DNA of 52,934 nucleotides from a virus (Duplodnaviria; Caudoviricetes): IMG/VR virus record IMGVR_UViG_3300011126_000153, positions 1 to 52,934 of that record; one strand, 5' to 3'. Shown piece by piece: positions 45,016 to 52,934 of this stretch (position 1 is its first letter; each line of letters starts with the position of its first letter). The notes under the pieces were generated by a model. It saw only the letters and a program-made list of their open reading frames with translations, ran no database searches and was not told where the DNA came from. The position numbers and the translations under genes were made by a program.

Positions 45016-47664
45016 ATGAAAACCGCAGATGATGATATCAGAAAGATAGAGGAGTTGGAGGACGGCTCTAGTGTATATGAGGTTGGATCAGCTCCAATCC
45101 CAGAAAAGGAAGATAAAAACGATTCTTTTTACGCTAATTTAGCTATAGATTTTTCCGAAGAAGCTAGAAAAAAACTTTCTAGTTCATTACTTGATTCTAT
45201 TGACCAAGATATCGAGGCCAGGCAGAGTTGGCTTGACGATGTTGAAAAGGCAAAACAATATCTTGGCTTTTCATTAGAAGACGTTAATAACGCTCCTTTT
45301 TCTCAGGCAACTAGAACATTTGACACGACTCTTTCGACTGCCTTGATACGCTTCTACGCAACCGCTAGATCCGAGCTATTACCACAGTCGGGACCAGCTG
45401 GATTCAGAATTAATGGATTAAGTGATGAAGAGGTGGAAAGGAAAGGTGAGCTAACTCGAGATTGGTTGAATTATTATTTAACGGTTAAAGATGCAGCTTA
45501 CTATTCAGATTACGAGAAATTCTTACTTCATTTAGGCTTCTATGGGAGTGGTTTTAAAAAGGTATACTACGACAAGTTGCTAAAGAGACCTTTGAGTCGC
45601 TTTATAATGCCAGAAGATTTTGTGATAGATGCTGATTGCAATACTATCCTAGAATCAAATAGGCTAACTCATATTCTACATCTTTCTAAAAGGGAGATTA
45701 TTCTAAATCAACAAAACGATATTTATAGAGATGTTGAGTTGCCTTATCTAAAGGGCGTGGAAGAAATGGAGGAGATTGATTCTGTCGCTATTCCTAAAAA
45801 GAAAGACGATGTTGATATCAGTGTATATGAAAAACGCTCTTTATTTTCAATATATGAAGTTCATACATATCTAAATTTAAAAGAATTTACAGAAGATAGG
45901 GACGACGCCGAGACGGAAAGTACCGTGCCTTTGCCATATATAGTAACAATTGACAAAACGTCTAAAGAAATACTCTCAATTCGAAAAAACTGGGAAGAAG
46001 ACGACGAAGATCAAAAAAGAGAAGAGTATTTTGTTCAATATACTTATTTACCTGGATTTAATATTTATGGGTTAGGGCTTGCTCAGCTTATAGGCTCAAA
46101 TGCTATTACCTTAACTACCATATTACGTCAATCAATAGATGCTGGTAAGTTCAAAAACTTCCCCGGCGGGATTAGGGCGAAAACATTTAAACAACAAGAT
46201 CCTAGTTTAATTGCTTCACCAGGGCAGTTTATAGAAGTAGACACAGGGGGTATACCTCTTGCTGAAGCCTTTATGCCTTTTCCTTATTCTGGAGCTGATG
46301 GAACTCTTCGTGAACTCATGATGGGGGTTGCAGATCAAACTAGAGAGTTAGCCTCTACTAGTGAAATGGGGATGCTTGACTCTAAAGAAGATATCCCAAC
46401 TGGTACTACTATAGCACTCTTGGAGGAAAAAAATAAGATTCAATCGGCAGTTTTACGTTCTATTCATGTTTCTTTCACTAGAGAATTGCAGCTAATAGAC
46501 AAGATTTTCAGAAAAACTCTAGATGAGGAGGAGTTCAGTTTAGGAGAAAATAGAAATACTATCACTTCTGATGATTTTATTGAAGAAGTAGTAGTCATTC
46601 CAATCTCTGATCCGTCGGTTAATTCTTCAGTTCAAAAGATGATGAAAGCTGATTCGGCTCTTAGAACTTCGATGCAAGCACCTGAACTTCACAACTTAAG
46701 GGAAGTGTTTAAATTAAATTATGAAGCACAAGGTTTAGCCCCTGAAGAGATTGATAAAATCTTGATACCAGATCCTGAAGAAGAAGAAATACTTCCGCTA
46801 GATCCTGTCAGTGAGAATATTAACATAATGAGAAATGAGCCTGTAAAGGCTGCTGTTTGGCAAGATCATCCGGCTCACATGTTAGTACATGGACTATTTG
46901 CGCAAGAAAACCCCGAGTTCCAAGCTGAAATCATGGCACATATTAATGAGCATAAGGCTTTAGAATATTTAATTAAAGCACAGCAGTTAATGGGTATGGA
47001 ACTACCACCGCTTGAACAAATATCAGACCCAGAAGTTCAAAACACTATTGCTCTGGCTATCGCAGAAGCTTTAGAAGATACGCAATCTGATGCACCAGAA
47101 CAACAGGAGCAAATCGATCCGAATGCATTGCTAATGGCGGATATTCAGCAGAAACAAGCTGAAATAGAAGCTAAAGAAAGAATGGCAACGCAGAAAACAG
47201 AAGCGGATATCTTTAGGGCGCAATTAGATTTCGAAAAAGAGAAGGTTAAGATTGCATCTGCGGAAGATATTACAAATCAAAAAGCGGAATCTGAAGCTAT
47301 TAAGACCGAATTAGATTTCGAAAAAGAAAGAGCTAAAATTGAATCTATGGAAGGTATAGCGAGTCAAAAAACTGAAGCCGACATCTTTAATTCTCAATTA
47401 GATTTTGAAAGAGAAAAAGCCAAAATTGAATCTGATAGAGAGCTAGCGGTACAACGTGCGGAATTAGATAAGTTTAAGACCGAATTAGATTTTGAAAAAG
47501 AGCAGGCTAAGATTGAATCTACAGAAGGTTTAGCTGCTCAAAGAACAGAAGTAGATAAGTACAAGACTGAATTAGATTTCGAAAAAGAGAGAGCTAAGAT
47601 CGCGTCTACAGAAGGTATTGCACAACTAAAATCACAAACTGAATTAACAAAACAAGGATTATAA
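45016..47664 (+). CDS. Portal protein (P22-like) with long C-terminal helical repeats
   Basis: GSGFKKVYYD, LPYIVTIDK..ILSIRKNW, YLPGFNIYGLGL, DAGKFKNFPGG; follows terL. Confidence 0.9.
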   Translation: MKTADDDIRKIEELEDGSSVYEVGSAPIPEKEDKNDSFYANLAIDFSEEARKKLSSSLLDSIDQDIEARQSWLDDVEKAKQYLGFSLEDVNNAPFSQATRTFDTTLSTALIRFYATARSELLPQSGPAGFRINGLSDEEVERKGELTRDWLNYYLTVKDAAYYSDYEKFLLHLGFYGSGFKKVYYDKLLKRPLSRFIMPEDFVIDADCNTILESNRLTHILHLSKREIILNQQNDIYRDVELPYLKGVEEMEEIDSVAIPKKKDDVDISVYEKRSLFSIYEVHTYLNLKEFTEDRDDAETESTVPLPYIVTIDKTSKEILSIRKNWEEDDEDQKREEYFVQYTYLPGFNIYGLGLAQLIGSNAITLTTILRQSIDAGKFKNFPGGIRAKTFKQQDPSLIASPGQFIEVDTGGIPLAEAFMPFPYSGADGTLRELMMGVADQTRELASTSEMGMLDSKEDIPTGTTIALLEEKNKIQSAVLRSIHVSFTRELQLIDKIFRKTLDEEEFSLGENRNTITSDDFIEEVVVIPISDPSVNSSVQKMMKADSALRTSMQAPELHNLREVFKLNYEAQGLAPEEIDKILIPDPEEEEILPLDPVSENINIMRNEPVKAAVWQDHPAHMLVHGLFAQENPEFQAEIMAHINEHKALEYLIKAQQLMGMELPPLEQISDPEVQNTIALAIAEALEDTQSDAPEQQEQIDPNALLMADIQQKQAEIEAKERMATQKTEADIFRAQLDFEKEKVKIASAEDITNQKAESEAIKTELDFEKERAKIESMEGIASQKTEADIFNSQLDFEREKAKIESDRELAVQRAELDKFKTELDFEKEQAKIESTEGLAAQRTEVDKYKTELDFEKERAKIASTEGIAQLKSQTELTKQGL
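47190..47625 (+). repeat. Five 87-nt (29-aa) tandem repeats in the portal C-terminus
   Basis: LDFE(K/R)E codons start at 47224, 47311, 47398, 47485 and 47572. Confidence 0.9.
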
Positions 47665-47667
47665 ATT

Positions 47668-47973
47668 ATGGATTTTAATAAAAACATGAGAGCTGGTTAC
47701 CAAGGCACAAAAGACTCAATGCGAGAGTTAGCCGATAGATTAACTAATAACCAAGGCATGGTAGACAATGTATACGAAACAAAGTCATCTGCCAATAAAA
47801 GCAGAATGAAACCTTATATGAAAGGCGGCGCTGTTAAAAAAGAAGGTTACATGAAAGGTGGCGCTGTTAAAAAGTTTGCTATGGGAGGAGTTGCTAAGAT
47901 TAGACATGGCGAAGCGACTGCCGATGGCACTCCAAAAGGGGGCAAAAAGAAATCACTAAAAGATATATTGTAA
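47668..47973 (+). CDS. Small basic protein with YMKGGAVKK repeats
   Basis: YMKGGAVKK twice, FAMGGVAK. Confidence 0.75.
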   Translation: MDFNKNMRAGYQGTKDSMRELADRLTNNQGMVDNVYETKSSANKSRMKPYMKGGAVKKEGYMKGGAVKKFAMGGVAKIRHGEATADGTPKGGKKKSLKDIL

Positions 47974-48156
47974 ATGCTACATGAGAGATTAAAGAAAAAC
48001 TTTAATGACGCAAAACAAGAATTAGAAAGCTACATGCTGAAAGGCAATATTCAAGATTTTGCGTCTTATAGATATCTAGCGGGTCATATTAAAGGCCTTC
48101 AGGATGCTATTGATATATACAACGAAACATTTAAAAAGAGGAATGAAGATGAGTAA
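47974..48156 (+). CDS. Small conserved head-cluster protein
   Basis: GNIQDFASYRYLAGHIKGL motif preceding GroES. Confidence 0.7.
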   Translation: MLHERLKKNFNDAKQELESYMLKGNIQDFASYRYLAGHIKGLQDAIDIYNETFKKRNEDE

Positions 48157-48583
48157 TAAAGTAGGAGAATTAACAGATCAAGGAATAGACTTTGAAAATT
48201 ATAATCTAGATGAGGAAATAGCTAAATATCAAGGGGATGAGCCTCAAGGTTGGCAAGTATTGATTAGAGTATATGTTCCGCCAAAAGATATGAAATATGC
48301 TAATAGTTCACTAATTATGACTAGTGAAATATCAGGCGAAATTGACTCAAAAAATAAGATTAGTAATTTCGTAGGCTTAGTAGTGAAGATGTCAAAGAGT
48401 GCTTATCAGGATGAGCGTTATAATCTAACGGGACCTTATTGCAAGGTTGGTGATTGGGTAATGTTCCCAAGAGCGCACGGACATACTTATTCATATAAAG
48501 GCCAAACTACAATCACACTTAATGATGATGCGATTCTTAAGGTTGTAAATGACCCAAGGGATGTTACTAGACTTTCAGTTTAA
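48149..48583 (+). CDS. groES: GroES-like co-chaperonin
   Basis: PQGWQVLIR, GLVVKM, CKVGDWVMF, LNDDAILKVV. Confidence 0.85.
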   Translation: MSNKVGELTDQGIDFENYNLDEEIAKYQGDEPQGWQVLIRVYVPPKDMKYANSSLIMTSEISGEIDSKNKISNFVGLVVKMSKSAYQDERYNLTGPYCKVGDWVMFPRAHGHTYSYKGQTTITLNDDAILKVVNDPRDVTRLSV

Positions 48584-48600
48584 ATAAATTGGTAAAATAA

Positions 48601-49623
48601 ATGACAAATAACAATGAAGCCGCAGATGGTTTAGATAATAATTTAGTCGATATGGAAGATAACATGGGATCGGCTGAGATACAGAGCGCATTCGAAGAAA
48701 TAGAAAGATTAAAAGGCGGCGAAGAAGGGGTCGGAAAAAATCCTAATGAAGAGCTTCAAGATCATGAGCTCCCGGCAGAAGAAGATAGCGAGGGGTTAGA
48801 TGAGCAAGTTGTTGAAGAAGAGTCTAAAAAAGAAGAGCCTAAAAAGGAAGAAAAGCTATGGAAAGTAAAGAAGTCTAAGTACAGAGCTTTAGCGGGGGAG
48901 AAGGCAGCTTTAGAGAAAGTTGAAATGCTAGAGAAGCAGTTAAAAGAGGCTTTAGATTCAGGTGCTTATCATTTTAGCAAAACCACTCATTCTGAATTAG
49001 ATAAGGCAAAGGAATTAAGAAAAAAAGCGTTAGAAGATGGTGATGCTGATGCTTTTAATGATGCTGATATTGCTTTTACTAAGGCTGTAAATAATGTTGA
49101 CAGACTTGAGCGATGGGAAGCTTCTAATGCTCAAGAGCAACGACCAGCTAATAACGAGCCGTCTAGACAATATAATGATGAAATTAACACTGAAATCGCT
49201 AATGACTGGATGGACGAACACCCTTATTTAAAGCCAGGATCAGTTGAATATGTACCTGAACTAGCACAGGAAGTCTCCGAGTTTGTTAATTACATGGACT
49301 CAGACTTAGCTAAGAATGGGCAACAAAATGTATATTTCACTAAAGAATATTTTGACACTATAGATCAATATATTGGTCAAGCTCAAAATAGAATGCAATC
49401 GGAAGCACCCAATACAAGGCAGAAGCCATCTAGAAACTTAAGTTCAGGAGGTCATGTTGGGGGTGTCAGAAATTCTTATAGTACCTCATCTAGCTCAAGA
49501 AACCCATCTTCAAAAAAATATGTTTTAACAGCTGATGAAAGACAAATATGCGCTGGTCTTGATGGTGTTAGCGAGGAACTATTACTTCAATATAAATTTC
49601 CAGAATTAAAAAAAGGTAAATAA
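48601..49623 (+). CDS. Putative scaffolding protein
   Basis: Acidic coiled coil; W..EHPYL; C-terminal LTADERQIC. Confidence 0.7.
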   Translation: MTNNNEAADGLDNNLVDMEDNMGSAEIQSAFEEIERLKGGEEGVGKNPNEELQDHELPAEEDSEGLDEQVVEEESKKEEPKKEEKLWKVKKSKYRALAGEKAALEKVEMLEKQLKEALDSGAYHFSKTTHSELDKAKELRKKALEDGDADAFNDADIAFTKAVNNVDRLERWEASNAQEQRPANNEPSRQYNDEINTEIANDWMDEHPYLKPGSVEYVPELAQEVSEFVNYMDSDLAKNGQQNVYFTKEYFDTIDQYIGQAQNRMQSEAPNTRQKPSRNLSSGGHVGGVRNSYSTSSSSRNPSSKKYVLTADERQICAGLDGVSEELLLQYKFPELKKGK

Positions 49624-49624
49624 T

Positions 49625-50059
49625 ATGACTAAACCACGCACTACTAGAGATTCAGAAACAAGAATGCACGAAATGAGAGATATCTATGATATAGATTATG
49701 CAAATCCTTTAGCTATACCTCCAGAAGTAATGAGGGAAGGGTATGTTTATCATTTTGGAAGAAAAAACGTTAGAGGTGAAGATGATTACAGGATTCCGGC
49801 ATTAATGGGACAATGTTGGACTCCTGTGCCAGTGGAAAGATTTAGTAAAAAATCTTTGGATGTAATGCTAACTGATCCAGTTGCGCAGAAATATTATGTA
49901 CATAAAGATCTTATCTTATTAGAACGTCCAGCGGAATATAATGTTAGACAAACACAGAAATTAAATGCTCTTACTGATTCTAAATTAAGATCATTGCAAG
50001 GTGTTAATAATGATAGTAGCGGTAGACCGCAAGCTCTTAATACATTTGGTAGCTTTTAA
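49625..50059 (+). CDS. Conserved head-cluster protein
   Basis: EGYVYHF.R, WTPV, DLILLERP. Confidence 0.7.
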   Translation: MTKPRTTRDSETRMHEMRDIYDIDYANPLAIPPEVMREGYVYHFGRKNVRGEDDYRIPALMGQCWTPVPVERFSKKSLDVMLTDPVAQKYYVHKDLILLERPAEYNVRQTQKLNALTDSKLRSLQGVNNDSSGRPQALNTFGSF

Positions 50060-50061
50060 TT

Positions 50062-51534
50062 ATGGCACAAAGTTCGTATCAACAAATTGACTTAAACGGC
50101 GACATAATATTGTCGTGGCCATTCTCTTTCCAAGAAGGGGAGGTCGTAGCAGATATCAATAATATCACTACGTCACAAATCCAGATGGACTGCGTAGCAG
50201 CTACTACTAGTAATTTAATTGCTGCTTATAATAATGGAGTCTCTGGGGTTGGTGCGACTTTGACTAACAATGGTGCATATGCTGAATTTAGTGTTGATGG
50301 TTTAACTCCTGTCGTAGGATCAAGAATCCTCGTAAAAAATCAAACGCCATTAAGTAATACAAATGGTATATATACAGTAACTACAGCGGGTGATGCTATT
50401 TCGGTTGATTGGGTTTTAACTCGTGCTACCAATTACGATACTCCCTCTAAAATACAGAAGGGAGATTTTGTTCAGGTTACAAGCGGAACTGCTAATGCAA
50501 ACACTAAGTGGGTTCAGTCCTCTACTATTGTTTCAGTTGGCATTAGCCCTCTCGATTTTATTCAACGAGATAACGGGTGGTCAATTACTTTACCAGATGC
50601 AACTTTGGCATCGCCTGGTCAAAATTCTCAATATAATAATATAGGATTATTTCCTTTTCAGATATTAGCCAATGACGGGATAACCCTTATTACGGATGTC
50701 CTACCTGGTGATATATATTATTTATATCTAAACGATAATTCTACGACTAATGGTAGTTGGAATCCTATCCGTCTAACTGATGGCTCAACAGGGATCAACT
50801 CGGTAGCAGCTCAAAGTAGCGATAGTTCGATTAATATTAGTGGAAGTCCTCTTTCCCCTCCTGGCGGAATAATAGATTTCAAGTTGCCTACATCTATATC
50901 TAATTTAAATAATGTAAATACTACTGGATTCACAGTTATAACATCCGCTGCCCCAGATCTAACATGGAGTACCAGAACAATATTAGGTGGCACTAATATT
51001 AACGTTAGTGATGGAGACGGCATTACTACCAATCCAGTTATTAATTTAGATAGCTCAGTAGATTTTGATTCACTTACTCTTACAAATGGTCTTAGTTTAA
51101 GTGGCAATACTATTTCTGCTGATATTAATGAAGATATAAATATAAATACTACTGGAACTGGCGATGTTGTCATAAATGGTGTGTCAATTGATGCTGGGGG
51201 TGGTCTTTCTGGAGTAGCAACTCCACGAGTATATTTCACTTTTACTGATACTCTAGTGCCTCTTAGCAATAATACAATTGTTATACAGCAGCAATTCAAT
51301 GTAGCATCTATCACTGGATCTGGGGGCATTTATACTATTAACTTTACTACTCCTCTTGATTCCACAAATTACGGTTTGTTGCCAGGTTTAGGAAGCAATG
51401 GCGGTGCTACGCCTTTTGTATCTCATGCATATTGGACTCTAAAAACGACTACTTCAGTTACTGTGTCTATCGTTGATGCTAGCGGTGTATTAGTACAATC
51501 AGTGCCTGAGGGAATGATGGGTATGATAATGTAA
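50062..51534 (+). CDS. Fibre-like virion protein
   Basis: NGVSGVGATLT..DG..GSRILVKNQ..NGIY..WVLTRA domain; Thr/Ser/Gly beta-rich. Confidence 0.7.
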   Translation: MAQSSYQQIDLNGDIILSWPFSFQEGEVVADINNITTSQIQMDCVAATTSNLIAAYNNGVSGVGATLTNNGAYAEFSVDGLTPVVGSRILVKNQTPLSNTNGIYTVTTAGDAISVDWVLTRATNYDTPSKIQKGDFVQVTSGTANANTKWVQSSTIVSVGISPLDFIQRDNGWSITLPDATLASPGQNSQYNNIGLFPFQILANDGITLITDVLPGDIYYLYLNDNSTTNGSWNPIRLTDGSTGINSVAAQSSDSSINISGSPLSPPGGIIDFKLPTSISNLNNVNTTGFTVITSAAPDLTWSTRTILGGTNINVSDGDGITTNPVINLDSSVDFDSLTLTNGLSLSGNTISADINEDININTTGTGDVVINGVSIDAGGGLSGVATPRVYFTFTDTLVPLSNNTIVIQQQFNVASITGSGGIYTINFTTPLDSTNYGLLPGLGSNGGATPFVSHAYWTLKTTTSVTVSIVDASGVLVQSVPEGMMGMIM

Positions 51535-51583
51535 GGCTTTTTAATTTTTTAATAGAAGTTTTTCTTAAAAGTTATAAAAGCCT
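51534..51583 (+). terminator. Imperfect hairpin after 50062
   Basis: AGGCTTTT...AAAAGCCT. Confidence 0.45.
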
Positions 51584-51627
51584 GATACAATATATAAATA
51601 AGTAGAAAACGCTTAGTTTACTACAAA

Positions 51628-51800
51628 TTAGTTCTACGAAACTTAAAATCGTATTTTTTATCACTTTCCACAAAGTGATTGTCAGACGAGACATTAAAGC
51701 GTCCTAAATAGGTCAGAATATATCCCTTTAAATATCACCCCAGTTTTGCGAAACTAACAAAAAAATCGCATTCGGTTTCAAGGTCTATCCTCAAAAGATT
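51628..51800 (+). ncRNA. Structured leader of the capsid operon with three copies of hairpin A and two of hairpin B
   Basis: A: 51635-51653, 51685-51703, 51747-51770; B: 51660-51679, 51784-51798. Confidence 0.6.
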
Positions 51801-51839
51801 TTATTTTTATTTTAATAATTAAATCATAAGAGGTTTTTT

Positions 51840-52610
51840 ATGGCTAACGGAACTAACGCGCCTTTTGGGCTGCGACCTTACTCTTCTATCAGCGGTGGAA
51901 GTTGGACGGAAAAAACAAACGAATATTTCATTTACGCAGATGCTGCTGGCACAACTACATATGATGAAAGTATATTTACTGGAGATCCTGTAATTCTAAA
52001 CCCAATCGGGGTAAATAATGTCTTAGAAGGCCCAACTATTGCCAATTATACTATATTTAATGGCACGGTAGCAAATGAAGACCAACCAATTTTGGGTGTT
52101 TTTATGGGGTGTGAATATGAATCAACTGTAGTTGGTACAAACAATTTAATCAAATCTCCTTTTTGGCCTGCTAGTTCACAAGTTGTGGCTGGTAGTAAAA
52201 TCAAAGCATTCGTATTAGATGATCCAGATGTTGTTTACGAGATTCAGGTTTCTACTGCAACTAATGTGTTAGTTGATGCCACATTCAGTCCTGCTGCTAC
52301 AACGGCAGCGTATTTTTTCCAAAATTTCGCTTTTGGACGTGCAGGTGGTGGTGCAAATTTAATACCAAATAACCCTACAACTGGTTCTACTAGAAGCGGT
52401 CAATCGGCAGTTTACTTAAATATTGTAGGAACTGTTGCTACGGACAGAACGGCAGCGACATTGCCTCTTAAAGTAATAGGCTTTACTCCTGATCCAGAGA
52501 ATGTGGTTTTAGATCCAGTTACTCAGGCTGTCAGACCATTTTTAAATGTACGTGTCACGATTAATAATCACTTATTTCGTGTAGGTAATTTGGCTGAAGC
52601 GCTGATTTAA
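51840..52610 (+). CDS. Putative capsid decoration/minor capsid protein
   Basis: MANGTNAPFGLRP..IFTGDPV..GVFMGCEY..DDPDVVYEIQ; immediately upstream of the capsid gene. Confidence 0.75.
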   Translation: MANGTNAPFGLRPYSSISGGSWTEKTNEYFIYADAAGTTTYDESIFTGDPVILNPIGVNNVLEGPTIANYTIFNGTVANEDQPILGVFMGCEYESTVVGTNNLIKSPFWPASSQVVAGSKIKAFVLDDPDVVYEIQVSTATNVLVDATFSPAATTAAYFFQNFAFGRAGGGANLIPNNPTTGSTRSGQSAVYLNIVGTVATDRTAATLPLKVIGFTPDPENVVLDPVTQAVRPFLNVRVTINNHLFRVGNLAEALI

Positions 52611-52637
52611 TAAAACAATAAATAAAAGGAAAAAATT

Positions 52638-52913
52638 ATGATTAATACTGGTCAGATTTCGACACTATTACGCCCAGCCTTACAAGCGGTTTTTGGGCTA
52701 TCTAAACCATACCCCGATCAATGGGAAGAAATATTTAAAACTCATCAATCTAATTTATATCAAGAAATTGATGTAGAAATGAAGTATTTAGGAGCTGCTG
52801 ATGTTAAGGCTGAAGGCGCAGCAATAGCGACTGATTCTATGGGCCAACGTAACATTAACACCTACGTGCACAGAAGGGTCGGATTGAGTTTTGTGATCAC
52901 CCGCGAGGCCATC
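52638..52913 (+). CDS. Major capsid protein, 5' part (continues at base 1)
   Basis: AAGGA RBS; MINTGQISTLLRPALQAVFG...KAEGAAIATDS...GLSFVITREAI open to the window end. Confidence 0.9.
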
Positions 52914-52934
52914 GACGACAACCAATATCAGAGA
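52914..52934. repeat. Terminal overlap copy 2
   Basis: Identical to 1-21. Confidence 0.97.

Noticed and set aside
1-52934. Alternative genetic code
   Set aside because: Conserved genes are full length under the standard bacterial code, and all three stop codons terminate genes

Overview
The window is an apparently complete, circularly permuted, AT-rich tailed-phage genome. Bases 1-21 equal 52914-52934, and the major capsid gene reads in frame across that junction. The podovirus-like virion module runs 42870->52913/1->18447: terminase, portal, GroES, scaffold, capsid, adaptors, fibres and ejection proteins. A leftward recombination operon (18448-22809) encodes Bet/RecT, a YqaJ exonuclease and an LRR protein. 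The replication region (23088-30800) has two paralogous initiators resembling Rickettsia-plasmid DnaA-like Rep proteins, a tRNA-Gln and SSB. A 12 kb accessory island (30848-42854) separates the likely small and large terminase genes. No integrase, DNA polymerase, ParA or endolysin was recognised, but there is a dif-like XerCD site. Taken together, this suggests a phage or phage-plasmid of a Rickettsiales (probably Rickettsiaceae) endosymbiont that carries eukaryote-directed cargo. The most unusual elements are: (i) a 16-gene cassette-like array of paralogues with shared ATGACTAA...ACCTAGA heads, bracketed by two RHH-regulator/divergent-promoter modules; (ii) a repeated, covarying two-hairpin leader motif before virion genes; (iii) two tandem paralogous candidate sRNAs next to the dif-like site; (iv) a possible dual replicon. 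All family assignments come from motif recognition by eye; no searches were run.
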